62,914 bases of DNA, filler included, from Licmophora abbreviata (GCA_900291995.1; 16 parts of 16 records of this genome joined end to end with filler, not necessarily neighbours in it), one strand, 5' to 3'. Shown: positions 1 to 12,192, counted from the whole stretch's first letter. Made by a program: numbers and translations. The notes: a model not told the origin generated them from the sequence alone.

Positions 1-621
<621 letters not shown>

Positions 622-685
622 TTATTTTTCGAGCGCGGACATGATTGGCAAACCAGGCCCGTGCTGGGGAAATCCTAGGCATCGT

Positions 686-717
686 TTGTGAACAGGTAAG
701 GCGCATGGGGTGAACAG
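686..717 (-). promoter_or_regulatory. Two tor-box-like direct repeats (CTGTTCAC) between tmoX and torR
   Basis: GTGAACAG occurs at 688-695 and 710-717, 22 bp apart. The minus strand reads CTGTTCACAA and CTGTTCACCC, resembling the enterobacterial TorR box CTGTTCATAT. Confidence 0.55.
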
Positions 718-775
718 CCTATACTAAGATGTAAAAATTTGTTAATGGAACGGTTGTCCAATACCTCCGAGGAAG

Positions 776-1468
776 ATGTCACATATCCTCATCATAGAAG
801 ACGAGCCTGTCACGCGCGCCACCCTGACAAGTTATCTTGAAGCACAGGGATATGACGTGTCCGAGGCGGCAAGCGCCGACATGGCCGAGCGGATCCTTCG
901 GGATCAGCCCGTCGATCTCCTTCTTGTGGACATCAATCTGCCGGGCAAGGACGGCTTGAAGATTACGCGCGAACAAAGGGCGAAATCCGATATCGGCATC
1001 ATTCTGGTCACCGGGCGCGATGATGACGTCGATCGCATCGTCGGGCTGGAGATGGGTGCGGACGACTACGTTTGCAAACCCTTCAACCGGCGCGAGCTTC
1101 TGGCGCGGATCAAGAACCTGCTATACCGCACCAGCCGGTCGGCGCACGGATCGCGGCAGGTCTATCGGTTTTCCGGCTATGTCTTCGATCTGCGCGCCCG
1201 GCGACTGGAAAACGAAGACGGGGCGGCGGTGACCCTGACGCGGGCGGAATTCGAGGTTCTTCAGCATTTCGTGACACGCCCCGGCGAGGTGGCAAGCCGT
1301 GATGCTCTCATGGCGCGGGTCACGCATCGCCAATATGGCACCAATCCCCGCACCGTCGATGTGCTGATCCGCCGCCTGCGCACCAAACTGGAGCAGGATC
1401 CTGCAAGCCCCGCTATCATAACTACCGTGCATGGCGAGGGATATGCTTTCACATCGCACGTGACCTGA
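776..1468 (+). CDS. torR: OmpR-family response regulator TorR
   Basis: REC domain (IIEDE, LLVDINLPG, GADDYVCKPF) plus winged helix (RTVDVLIRRLRTKLE, TVHGEGY). Adjacent to TorS- and TorT-like genes. Confidence 0.88.
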   Translation: MSHILIIEDEPVTRATLTSYLEAQGYDVSEAASADMAERILRDQPVDLLLVDINLPGKDGLKITREQRAKSDIGIILVTGRDDDVDRIVGLEMGADDYVCKPFNRRELLARIKNLLYRTSRSAHGSRQVYRFSGYVFDLRARRLENEDGAAVTLTRAEFEVLQHFVTRPGEVASRDALMARVTHRQYGTNPRTVDVLIRRLRTKLEQDPASPAIITTVHGEGYAFTSHVT

Positions 1469-4449
1469 CGGCTTCGCTCTGCCTCAAGGCGGCGGCCATG
1501 GCGTCGCCCAGTTGCGGCATCAATGCCGACAGGCGCTTAACGAGGATGCGCGCGCGGTCAATTTGTGCGGCACTGGCATTGGTCTCGAGCTGGGCCAGAA
1601 CCTGAACCACGTCATGCTGATCGTAATTGCCTACCGCACCTTTCAAACGGTGCGCAATCTTTGTCAATTCGCCCCAGTCTTCGGCCTCGAGCGTGGCTTC
1701 CAGCGCCGCCTGCTCGATCGCGATCTGCTCGATGAAAAGCCCGGCGATCCGACGCGCGGCGTCGGCGCCTAAATCCTCGATATTGCGCCGCAGCACCGTC
1801 TCGAGCGAGACCATGCGCGACATCGCCTTGGAGACTGGCATGCGCGACGACAGGAAAACCGCGCCCTGCTGGCCCTGCCTGACACTGTCCAAGGCGCGAG
1901 CCAGCCGCTCGGGCGCCACGGGTTTGGCCACAAAGCCATTCATGCCCACCTGCAAATGGCTTTCGATCTGCTCCTCCTGCACATGCGCCGAAATGCCGAT
2001 GATCGGCGTTGCCGAAACAGCCGCATTCGCATGGGCGCGGATCTGGCGAGTCGCCTCGACCCCGTTCACTCCAGGCAGGTTCACATCCATCAGGATCACA
2101 TCGAAGCGGCGATGCTGCAAAAGTTCGAGCGCCGCCTCGGCATCGGACAGGCAATGGCATGTATGCCCCATCCGCTCCAGATAGCCGCGAGCCACCATCT
2201 GNNNNNNNNNNNNNNNNNNNNNNNNNNNNNNNNNNNNNNNNNNNNTTAATTAATTAANNNNNNNNNNNNNNNNNNNNNNNNNNNNNNNNNNNNNNNNNNN
2301 NAATATCCAGAGCGACCTCGGCGCGGTCGATTGTTTCGGGGCGGGCCATATCCTCAAGATCCGATATGTTGCCGGATTTCAGATCAACCGCCAGCGTAAA
2401 GACCGACCCCACCCCCTTGGTGCTTTCAAGGGTCAGGGTCGCACCGATGGCATCGGCAAACCGCTTGCTGATGGCAAGGCCAAGCCCCGTGCCGCCGAAC
2501 TTGCCGCTGGTGGCGCCATCCTCCTGTTCAAAGGCCTCGAATATGCGGGTCTTGGCCGCCTGTGCGACACCGCGCCCCGTATCACTGATCTCGAAGATGA
2601 CCCGGTGCGCATCGCCTTGCGTCCAGCCGGCACGCAGTCGCAGGATCACCTCTCCTTCCTCGGTGAATTTGAGCGCGTTAGACAATAGGTTGAACAGGAT
2701 CTGGCGAAGCTTGGCGACATCGCCCCAAACGACATCCACAAGCGTATCCGGCATATCCAGAAGCAAGTGCAGGCCCTTTGAATCGGCACTGGGACGGATA
2801 AGCGCCATTACGTCGGTGACCAAATCATGCAATGAAAAAGTGGCGTTCACCGGCTGTATGCCGCCATGCTCGATCTTGGAATAATCGAGGATGTCATTCA
2901 GGATCTGCAACAGGTTTTGCCCCGAGGCATAGGCCGCGCCCAGTCTGTGGCGCTGTTCGGGATCCAACCGATCCTCGGACAGGCTATGCAGCAAGCCCAA
3001 CATGCCGTTCATCGGCGTGCGGATTTCATGGCTCATCATCGCGAGGAATTCCGACTTGGCCCTGTCGGCGGCCTCGGCCTCGCGGCGGGCTTCGTCATGG
3101 GCGGCCACTTCAAGACGCAAACGCTCGGTCTGCTCGGACACCATTTTCTGCAGATTGTTGCGATGCTCCAGCAATTCGCGTTCGTTGCGGTCGCGCTGCC
3201 TTTCAAGATCGCGTTTGGCGATGGCTTGCTGGCGGAACACCTCGGTGGCTTCTTCCATTCGGGCGATCTCGTCATTGCCGCGCGGACGGATCTGGCGGTC
3301 GAGTTTGCCCCTTGCAAGCGCCGTCATTTCCCCATGCAGACGGTCAAGCCGACGGGTGATGTGGCCGCGCACGAAAAACCACAGAACGGCCATTGCAAGA
3401 ACAAGCCCCACAATGGCGGCGGCGCTGTTGCGGATCTGCGCCTGCCGCATGTCCTGTGCAACGATCTCACCAGAGGTGACGGCGACCTGCTGCAACTGGT
3501 CAGCCACCGCCGAGGCCTCTTCGCCAAGCCGAATGGCGGCATCCTGAAGCTCTTTTTTCAGGGCGTCGATCCCAAGTCCACTCAACAGGATGCTGCGCTG
3601 CAGATCGAATAGGGTTACGTCATCCTCGGTGACCGACTGCAATTCCGCCAGAAGGCGCTCCGCCTGCTGCAGACGCCCCGGATCGCGGATGGCGGCGATC
3701 CGGCGCGACACCACGGCAAGTTCGGGCAAGAAGGCCACTTCCACCGCATCCAACTCCTCGACGGTGGCGGTCTCTTCGATGCGGTTGATCAACAACCCCA
3801 CCTCGGCCGCCCTCGAGCGCAATTCGAACATCAGGCCAAGCTGGAACAGATCGACTTCCAAGAGCTTGTCCAGCGCCGCGACCGTCCCCGCGCCTTCCAG
3901 CCCGGCATTGGTCTCGCCATAGAGACTGGAGATGACAGCCGTTGTCGCCATTTCGGCATTGGCGACAAGCGTATCGGCCATATCGAGAAGCATGTTGGCC
4001 GCGTCCAGATTCAGCGCAACGCGGCCATGAAACACGTCGCGTTCCGCAATCCGCTGCTCGACCATATCATCCAGCATCGCAAGGGCGGTTTCCACCTGGG
4101 CAATGGTTTCGCGCAAGGTGACGATACGAGCACCACTGTTGCCCTCAAGCCGTTCAAGACGTGTGGCAAGGGCTTCGACCTGCTTGCGAAGATCACCCGA
4201 CAGCGCCTCGCGATCAGGTTGGTTGTCCACATCGGCCAGTCGTGGAACAAGCGCCACGATACTCGTGCTTTCCTCGGCAATGCCACGGACATCGGTGATC
4301 GCCGGGATCGTCTGGCGGATCACGTCGGACTGCTTTCTGACAAGGTCGCGCAGCTCGATCAGCCCAAGAAAGCCCGCCACGGTCGGAAGCCCCGCGATCA
4401 ACACGAAGGCGAACAGCAGCTTTCCCCGCAATCCCGCTTGTCTCAACAC
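1449..4449 (-). CDS. torS: Hybrid sensor histidine kinase TorS (periplasmic sensor-HAMP-HisKA-HATPase-REC-HPt), split by an assembly gap
   Basis: Probable GTG start at 4449 ([17 protein letters not shown]1). Contains the H-box [11 protein letters not shown]-box NLLSNALKF and G-box GTGLGL. After the gap come REC ([12 protein letters not shown]) and HPt (AHRLKGA) in ORF 1449-2198. Confidence 0.88.
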
Positions 4450-4542
4450 GTCTTCGCCCCGAGTGCCGTCCCATCCGCAAAAGTGCAGGCTTGCCGCTTG
4501 AAACAGTTGATGCAGACCCACATTACTGCAACCATACCACCC

Positions 4543-5589
4543 ATGCGCTGGTTCTGCGTTCTTTTTCTCGTCGCGGCCCCGTTGGCGGCTGCATCCTCTC
4601 CTTGGCAGTTGCAGGTTCCTCAGGCGCCTTTCGACTACGAGGGGCCAAGCGATATTGTGACCTACACGCCACTCGAAACCGCGCAGCAGGACTGGTCGCT
4701 TTGTGTCGCCTACCCGCATCTCAAGGATGCCTATTGGCTCAGCGTCAATCACGGGATGGTCGAAGAGGCGCGCAGGCTGGGTGTGTCCTTCAAGCTGGTC
4801 GAGGCGGGTGGTTATCCCAATCTTGACCGCCAGCGACAGCAGATCATCGACTGCGTGGCCGAAGGGGTCGATGCGCTCATCCTCGGAACCGTGGCCTATG
4901 ACGCGTTGACCGATACGATCCTCCAGATCGCCCAGGATATCCCCGTGATCGCAGCGGTCAATGATATCGCCGATCCCGGCATCACTGCCAAGGTGGGCGT
5001 ATCCTGGGTGGAAATGGGCGCCGCCGCTGGCCGTGTCATTGCGCAACGGCACCCCAAGGGAAGCCCGGCGGTGAAAGTGGCATGGTTTCCCGGTCCGAAA
5101 GGGGCGGGCTGGGTGCAATTCGTCGAACGCGGCTTTCACGCAGCGATCGCCGCGAGTTCAGCCGAGATCGCGGTGACCAAATACGGAGATACAGGCCGCA
5201 AGGATCAGGTTTTGCTGGTCGAGCAGGCCCTAGAGGAAGTTCCCGATCTCGACTATGTCGTCGGGTCCGCTCCCACTGCCGAAGCGGCGGTATCTTTGCT
5301 GCGCACGCGTGGCCTTGAAGGGCGGGTGCAGATCGTCTCGGATTACATGACCCATGCGGTCTATCGCGGAATATACCGCCATAAGATCCTTGCCGCGCCA
5401 ACGGATTTCCCAGTTCTGCAAGGCAGGCTCGCCGTGGAATTCGCCGTGCGCGCCATTGAAGGCAGCCTTGTACACCGTCAGGCCGGGCCGGTCATCTTCC
5501 CTGTCGTGGAAGGCCAGATCACCGAGGCGCAGTTATCCGAAACCCTTGCGCCAGCCAGTTTCATCCCGGTTTTTGAATTCTCACCCTGA
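4543..5589 (+). CDS. torT: Periplasmic TMAO-binding protein TorT
   Basis: Signal peptide [17 protein letters not shown], then the TorT-typical motifs [37 protein letters not shown] and [10 protein letters not shown]. Divergent from torS. Confidence 0.9.
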   Translation: MRWFCVLFLVAAPLAAASSPWQLQVPQAPFDYEGPSDIVTYTPLETAQQDWSLCVAYPHLKDAYWLSVNHGMVEEARRLGVSFKLVEAGGYPNLDRQRQQIIDCVAEGVDALILGTVAYDALTDTILQIAQDIPVIAAVNDIADPGITAKVGVSWVEMGAAAGRVIAQRHPKGSPAVKVAWFPGPKGAGWVQFVERGFHAAIAASSAEIAVTKYGDTGRKDQVLLVEQALEEVPDLDYVVGSAPTAEAAVSLLRTRGLEGRVQIVSDYMTHAVYRGIYRHKILAAPTDFPVLQGRLAVEFAVRAIEGSLVHRQAGPVIFPVVEGQITEAQLSETLAPASFIPVFEFSP

Positions 5590-6585
5590 ACCGGGCGAGG
5601 ATGTCGACGCACCTGCCTGCTCTCGGCCATGCGTAGCGGCGTAGAGACACAGCATGTCATTGACGATCGTCGCGGCCGCCAATGCCGTGATCTCGGCCAC
5701 ATCATAAGCCGGAGCGACTTCGACGATGTCCATGCCTACAAGGTTCACGCCAACCATACCCCTCAGCGTTTCCTGCGCCTGATAGGGACTTAGCCCGCCG
5801 ATCACCGGCGTGCCAGTACCTGGGGCCGAGGCGGGTTCCAGCGCGTCGATATCAAAGGTCAGATAGGTCTTCTGGTCCCCGACGATGCGCTTGATCTTTT
5901 CGGCAACCGCCTGCGGCCCGGTCCGGTGCATTTCGATCGCGTCTATGATGTTAAAGCCAAGTGGCTCGGGATTGTGCGTCCGGATGCCGACCTGAACCGA
6001 GCGAGATGGATCGACCAGCCCGTCGCGGACAGCGTGCCACAGCATCGTGCCATGGTCGATCCGCCCTGCCTCATCGGCCCATGTGTCGGTATGCGCATCG
6101 AATTGAACAAGGCTCAGAGGCCCGTGTTTCTCGGCATGGGCTTTCAGCAGCGGGTAGGTGACGAAATGATCGCCGCCGATCGACAGAAGCGCCGTATCCG
6201 TTGCCAGAACCGCGCGCGCCTGATCGGCGATCTCATTGGGGATATTCGCCGGATTTCCGTAATCGAACTGGCAATCCCCGTAATCCACCACGGCAAGTTG
6301 CTCGAACGGGTCCTGCTCCCAAGGCCATGGGGCAGACCAGGCGATATGGCTCGAGGCCGCCCTGACAGCCCGTGGCCCAAGGCGCGCGCCCGAACGGCTG
6401 GACACCGCCAGATCGAAGGGCACCCCCATGATGGCGACATCGGCACCGCTCAGATCGCGAGTGTAGCGCCGCCGCATGAAGCTAAGAGCGCCAGCATAGC
6501 TCGCTTCAGCCACGGTCCCGAAATCCGACGTTCGGGTAAAGGCCTGATCGCCCGTTCTGGGGGTGACGTTGAACTCCTTTGCCAT
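5581..6585 (-). CDS. speB: Agmatinase (ureohydrolase family)
   Basis: Metal-binding motifs GGDH, DAHTD, TFDIDALEP, APGTGTP and VEVAPAYD. Confidence 0.9.
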   Translation of the reverse strand: MAKEFNVTPRTGDQAFTRTSDFGTVAEASYAGALSFMRRRYTRDLSGADVAIMGVPFDLAVSSRSGARLGPRAVRAASSHIAWSAPWPWEQDPFEQLAVVDYGDCQFDYGNPANIPNEIADQARAVLATDTALLSIGGDHFVTYPLLKAHAEKHGPLSLVQFDAHTDTWADEAGRIDHGTMLWHAVRDGLVDPSRSVQVGIRTHNPEPLGFNIIDAIEMHRTGPQAVAEKIKRIVGDQKTYLTFDIDALEPASAPGTGTPVIGGLSPYQAQETLRGMVGVNLVGMDIVEVAPAYDVAEITALAAATIVNDMLCLYAATHGREQAGASTSSPGSG

Positions 6586-6688
6586 AAGTGCTTTTCTCTT
6601 CTTCAAATCCGCTTGGGCCCAGATTGCATGAGATGGCGTATATATGTAAATCGCGTCACAGATATATAAATTTACCCATTTGGAAGCC

Positions 6689-6887
6689 TGTCACGTCCGA
6701 CACGAGGAACAATGCGCGGCCTGCTGTTTGGTCCTTCACGCGGGACGATACTCTGGATTTGGCGCGTCTGTTCCGAACCGTCGGCACGGTGGGTTTTCCC
6801 GTGACACTCAGTCCGCTTCTGCGCCGGATCTTTGACGTCGAGTCTATCGTCGCGACCAAACATCCAGCACCGCATCCGCCAGCATAG
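6689..6887 (+). pseudogene. Possible truncated N-terminus of a regulator divergent from speB
   Basis: Short ORF (..LARLFRTVGTVGFPVTLSPLLRRIFDVESIV..) that ends immediately before an IS remnant. It resembles the N-terminus of LuxR-type regulators, but this is weak. Confidence 0.3.
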
Positions 6888-6914
6888 CCTTTAGCTAATT
6901 GCTCGCATATTCCA

Positions 6915-6997
6915 GCCCCGCAGCGTCTCGGCATCCAACATGGTCATGCCGCCAAACTGAGCTTTGCATGTGTAGAAGGTCGCGTCGCTGATGCCGC
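6915..6997 (-). mobile_element. IS3-family orfA remnant
   Basis: The minus strand encodes GISDATFYTCKAQFGGM, which parallels GISQATYFNWKKKYAG in the IS3 orfA at 11926. Confidence 0.6.
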
Positions 6998-7223
6998 AGC
7001 ACGGTTTTGTGTTGGGTGGTCAGCCGGGAAAGTGCGGACTGCAAAAGCCTCACACAAACCCGATGATCCAAAAGCTGTGCTCGACACCTCGCCCTTCATA
7101 GGCCCTTCATAGGCGTAAATTTAGTTCTATTTTTTAGAACGCAAGAGGCAGAAAGATGTATTTTTATTCACGCTCGCTTTGCGCCAAATGAGGGCCAACG
7201 CAATCAGAAATGGCTCAGCCTTC

Positions 7224-8279
7224 ATGGAAATCATCGTCGAAATCTTGACCACCATCCTGTCTCAGTTTCAGAAGCCAACACTGGCCTTTCTGATCGGCGG
7301 TATGCTTTTGGCAGCCCTTGGCAGCCGCCTTGAGGTTCCCGAACCCGTTTACAAACTGGTCGTTCTCCTTTTGTTGATGAAGGTCGGCTTGGGTGCAGGC
7401 ATCGCAGTGCGCGGCGCAAATTTAATGGAACTGGCGGTTCCGGCACTGGGGGCGACCATTGCCGGGATCGTCATCGTCTTGATCGGACGAGCAATTCTTT
7501 TGCGGCAGCAAGGTGTGTCTCCAATGGACGGCATGGCTACAGCCGGTCTCTTCGGAGCCGTGTCTGCCTCCACTCTTGCAGCGGCAATGGGCATGTTGGA
7601 CGCCGAAGGCATGGCCTATGAAGGCTTTATCGGTGCCTTGTATCCCTTCATGGACGTCGCCGCTCTTTTAACTGCCATAACTCTGGCAAGAATGAGTGCA
7701 GCGCGTAGCATTGTGTCCGCTCCGGAGGAGGCCGGTACGGCCACCATGACCATGGGCGGCAATGGAAGTGGCTTCAACGGAACGCTTGTTAAGGACATCC
7801 TGGTTGATACGCTCAAGAGTCCCGCAATATCGGCACTTTTGCTTGGCTTGGCGCTTGGTCTGTTCGCAAGGCCGGAAACGGTATATGCCAGCTTCTATGA
7901 GCCATTGTTTCACGGCCTTCTGTCACTGCTGATGCTCGTGATGGGGATGGAAGCTTGGGCGCGGCTGGCGGATCTTCGCAAAGTCGCCCATGTATATATT
8001 CTTTACGGCATTCTTGCACCATTCGTCCACGGCGCGATCGGGTTCGCGATCGGTATGGCCGCCAATCACTTCACAGGATTTTCAGCAGGTGGCGTTGTGC
8101 TTCTCGCCGTGATGGCATCTTCAAGCTCGGATGTTTCCGGACCACCCACGCTCAGAGCAGCATTGCCCGAGGCAAATTCCTCTTCCTATATTGGCACTTC
8201 GACAGCACTCGGAACTCCCATCGCAATCCTGTCAATTCCGCTTTGGATGGCCCTTGCCGAAGCATTGATCGCCGGATGA
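7224..8279 (+). CDS. sbtA: Sodium-dependent bicarbonate transport family permease (SbtA-like)
   Basis: Multi-TM protein with PTLAFLIGGM, LLMKVGLGAG, GAVSASTL, YPFMD, MLVMGMEA and SSSDVSGPPTLRA motifs typical of the Sbt family. Confidence 0.85.
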   Translation: MEIIVEILTTILSQFQKPTLAFLIGGMLLAALGSRLEVPEPVYKLVVLLLLMKVGLGAGIAVRGANLMELAVPALGATIAGIVIVLIGRAILLRQQGVSPMDGMATAGLFGAVSASTLAAAMGMLDAEGMAYEGFIGALYPFMDVAALLTAITLARMSAARSIVSAPEEAGTATMTMGGNGSGFNGTLVKDILVDTLKSPAISALLLGLALGLFARPETVYASFYEPLFHGLLSLLMLVMGMEAWARLADLRKVAHVYILYGILAPFVHGAIGFAIGMAANHFTGFSAGGVVLLAVMASSSSDVSGPPTLRAALPEANSSSYIGTSTALGTPIAILSIPLWMALAEALIAG

Positions 8280-8637
8280 GGTCCATGGATAACACAGCAT
8301 ACCGTTTTCTCCCCAAAGTGACGGTAATGGCGACGATGCGTGGAAAAGAGCAAGCGTTTGTCCACTCTAATTTGAGACGTCCCAGGTATCCGAGACCATA
8401 GTCTGTCGTCATGGTGGATTCTTGCCCTTATGCGATCCCTTTTTTGGGTCGATAATAATGCTCTGGCATGTTCTTTGACGTCGTTGAAGACAATAAACGG
8501 GGAACACGCCCCCTCAACAGACCATATCTTCACCTACTTTTCCGTAATCTTCGAGCAGGTGAAAGGCCAGTCGTGCTTAGTGACAAATTTGAAGACCAGA
8601 AAAAGCAACCGAAGCCTTCAGAATTGTAAGAACCGAT

Positions 8638-8688
8638 AGAAACCGGATGAAGCTGTAGCTGAGCTCCAGATCCGCATTCTCAACCAAT
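8638..8688 (+). mobile_element. Degenerate IS5/IS903-like transposase C-terminal remnant
   Basis: Encodes VAELQIRILN, similar to the C-terminal motif of IS903-type transposases. Very short match. Confidence 0.3.
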
Positions 8689-9389
8689 TGTGGACATCCG
8701 TTATCGCCCTTGGTCCCCGCCACGTCCAAGAGGTACCAATGGCCCTTCCGGACGTTGGTCACACACTCTCTCGCCAAAGCGCGACTTCACCAGATCGGCC
8801 ATTCACCGTGGGTACAAAAAATTGAGGCCTGCGCCCCCACGCTGTGGGAGTATCACCAACGGTCAAGAGAGGACCAAACCCGGAACAGAGCTAACCAATA
8901 AACGCGGACTCTAAGGGGAGCAGGTCAAGTGCATTATAAAGCAGCCTGCGTGCATTAGTTGTATTTCCGCCACAATTCCGCCACAATCACGGCCGCTGCG
9001 CATGGGGGTCACCGGTTTACCTTTAGTAAGGCAAGCCTGCTTCGCTACACGAGAAAAGGTTGGGTGACGGACGGTTCCACTGTTCCCTCCAACGCCTTTT
9101 CATCTGCGCGACCCCGCGCCACACCGGAGATCGCGACATGACTGGCTACACGGACCTACACCTTGCGAAATGCTTGTCTGAGGATGCGCAGTCGCGCCGC
9201 CCCTCGGCACCTGCGTCGAACAACGCGACGCTGAGCAGAGCGAGCCAGCCGCAGACGGGTCTCCGCCAACGCACCCATCGGGCGCCCCGNNNNNNNNNNN
9301 NNNNNNNNNNNNNNNNNNNNNNNNNNNNNNNNNTTAATTAATTAANNNNNNNNNNNNNNNNNNNNNNNNNNNNNNNNNNNNNNNNNNNN

Positions 9390-11817
9390 GGCACGCTGAC
9401 CCTGTCGGGCACCAACAGCTTCAGCGGCGGGCTGGCCATCAACGCGGGTGTCGTCAGTGTGGCCAACATCCAAGGCGTGAACACTGCACTGGGGGCCAAT
9501 ACGGGGCGGGTGACCGTGGCGTCGGGCGCGGCGCTGGAACTGACCGGAAGTGGCACCAACGACAATCCGTTCACGATCTCGGGGACCGGCACCGGATCTG
9601 GCGCCATTGTCATGTCGGGGGGCAACAGCAGCCTGAACGGGGCGATCACCCTGGCGGACGATGCGATGATCGGCGTCTAAACCAGCCTCCTGAACATCGG
9701 CGGAACGATCACGCTTTCGGGCCATGACCTGACCTTTGCCGGAGGACAGACGAAGTTCGTGTCGGCGGCCATCGGGGGCGACACGGGCAGCGTCATTAAC
9801 ACGGCGGGCGATCTCCTCCTTGACGGGATCAACACCTACACCGGCAAGACCGTCGTCAATGGAGGGCGTATCATTCTGCGCAACGGCAGCGCGATCCACA
9901 AAGATGGCGTGGTCGAGGTCAACATGGGCACTTTGATCATCGACACCTCGGAGACGATAGGCTCGCTGTCGGGCGCGGGAAATCTGGCCTTCAGTCCCTC
10001 GCGCACCCTGACCACGGGGGGCAACAACGCCTCGACCACATTCTCCGGCAATGCCAGCGGTCCTGACGGTGCGTTGATCAAGCAGGGCACCGGCACCTTC
10101 ACCATGACCGGGACCAACACCTATACCGGCACGACCACGATCAGCGCGGGGACGCTGCAGATCGGCAATGGCGGGACAACCGGCACGCTTGGGACCGGCA
10201 GCGTGGTCAACAATGGCACCCTTACGTTCAATCGCTCCGACTCCGTCATCGTGGGGCAAGTGATTTCGGGCAGCGGCGGCGTGGTCAAGCAGGGCACCGG
10301 CACGCTGACCCTGACCGGGACCAACACCTATTCCGGCACGACCACGATCAGCGCAGGAACGCTGAGGATCGGTAATGGCGGGACAACCAGCACGCTTGGG
10401 CGCGGCAACGTGGTCAACAATGGCACCCTCAGGCTCAGCCGCTCGGACCCGTTCACAGTAACCAACTCAATCTCGGGGAGTGGCGGTATTATTGTTGGGA
10501 CGAGTCGCGCTGATCTCAGCGGCACCAACACCTACGAAGGTGATACCGTCATCAATGGATGGCTCATTGTGTCCGGGGGCAGCGCGATCGGAGACCAGAG
10601 TACTGTCCGGCTGAGCGGTAACGCACGTATGACTGTGCGTGACAGTGAGACGATTGGGGCCCTTGCCGGAAGTGGCGGATCTGTGTCCGTGCTAAACACG
10701 AAAACCCTGACGGTTGGTGCGAACAATACGTCGACCACCTATTCTGGAAGAATCTCAGGCGGTGGTGGGGCATTGACGAAGATCGGCACCGGCACGCTGA
10801 CGCTGACCGGAGAGTACGAGCACACAGGCACGACCACAATCAGCGCGGGCACTCTGGAGATTGGCAATGGCGGGACAACCGGCACGTTCCGGGACAGCAA
10901 CTTTGTCAACAATGCCACCCTTACGTTCAATCGCTCCGACTCTGTCACCGTAGGGCAAGTGATTTCGGGCAGCGGCAGCGTGGTCAAGCAAGGCACCGGC
11001 ACGCTGACCCTGACCGGGACCAACACCTATTCCGGCACGACCACGATCAGCGCAGGAACGCTGAGGATCGGTAATGGCGGCACGCTCGGGACCGGCAACG
11101 TGATCAACAATGGCACCCTTACGGTCAGTCGCTCCGGCTCCGTCACCTTGGCGCAAGTGATTTCGGGCAGCGGCAGCGTGGTCAAGCAGGGCACCNNNNN
11201 NNNNNNNNNNNNNNNNNNNNNNNNNNNNNNNNNNNNNNNTTAATTAATTAANNNNNNNNNNNNNNNNNNNNNNNNNNNNNNNNNNNNNNNNNNNNGTCGG
11301 GCGGGGCGATGACGCCTGACACCGTGGTGACCGTGTTGGGCGACTACACCGCCGCCTCGGACCTGATGCTCGACGTCATACTGGGGGGTGACACCTCGGC
11401 CAGCGACCGGTTGGTGATCACCGGCGCCACCAGCGGCGTGACCAATGTGTATGTGATGAACCGCGGCGGCACCGGCGCGCAGACCACCAACGGCATCCTC
11501 GTGGTGGACGTCGAAGGCGCCTCGGGCTGGGCGCGGAGCGCAGCTGGGCGAACGACAGATCCGGCACCGTCCGCCTTTATGGCATCGCCAACCTGATCTG
11601 GGATGTCAGCGGCGACACCCGGCTGCAGATCGGCCGCACGACGCTAATCGTGACCACGCCCGATCTTCTAACCGAAATCGGGCTTGGCGGGTCTTATGAC
11701 TGGCAGGTCAACGGGTGGCAGAACTCGATCTACGGCGAGGTGAACGCGTCCCGCGCCCTGTCGGGCGGCGACCTGAGCGCGCTGACAGGCACCGTCGGGC
11801 TGCGGGTGCAATGGTGA
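9390..11817 (+). pseudogene. Autotransporter adhesin with autotransporter-associated beta-strand repeats, disrupted
   Basis: Repeated LxKxGTGTLTLTGTNTYSGTTTISAGTLxIG units and an in-frame TAA at 9678-9680. After the gap there is an autochaperone-like segment (LGGDTSASDRLVITG). The frame then changes near 11520 directly into the last barrel strands, ending GTVGLRVQW*. Confidence 0.85.
10078..11195 (+). repeat. Near-identical intragenic repeat modules (about 200 bp) in the passenger domain
   Basis: For example, gtcaagca(g/a)ggcaccggcacgctgaccctgaccgggaccaacacctattccggcacg...ggtaatggcgg recurs at about 10284-10381 and 10983-11080. Confidence 0.85.
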
Positions 11818-11925
11818 TCCTGACCTACCACTGAACTTTCATCCTGATCTGATCCCCGCAAATTGGACCGTTTAACGCTGGAGTTTTCCGCTACGATTTT
11901 CCGTCTGGGAGAGGAGCGGAATCAC

Positions 11926-12192
11926 ATGAAGGCATCGAAGTTTTCGGACGCGCAGAAGGCGTTCGTCATCAAGCAGGGCGAAGAAGGCACACCGGTTGCC
12001 GAGATCTGCCGGAAGGCTGGGATCAGCCAGGCCACCTACTTCAACTGGAAGAAGAAATATGCGGGCCTGTTGCCAACGGAGATGAAGCGGCTGAAGCAGC
12101 TCGAGGACGAGAACGGCCGACTGAAGAAGATCGTAGCCGACCTTACCTTGGACCGCGAGATGTTGCAGGACGTCATCCGGCGAAAGTTCTGA
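11926..12192 (+). CDS. IS3 transposase OrfA
   Basis: MKASKFSDAQKAF...EICRKAGISQATYFNWKKKY...LKQLEDENGRLKKIVADL (HTH plus leucine zipper). Confidence 0.92.
   Translation: MKASKFSDAQKAFVIKQGEEGTPVAEICRKAGISQATYFNWKKKYAGLLPTEMKRLKQLEDENGRLKKIVADLTLDREMLQDVIRRKF

Noticed and set aside
2226..2237. Recurrent TTAATTAATTAA as a biological repeat or CRISPR-like array
   Set aside because: It is always embedded in N-runs and has stops in all six frames, so it is an artificial contig linker. No CRISPR array was seen anywhere in the window.
4027..5139. Long overlapping N-terminal extensions of the 961-aa and 520-aa ORFs
   Set aside because: These are antisense read-through in GC-rich DNA. The true starts are about 4449 (torS) and 4543 (torT).
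8690..9289. Small ORFs downstream of sbtA
   Set aside because: They are fragmentary with no identifiable family. 9138 onward may be the autotransporter start, but this cannot be verified across the gap.
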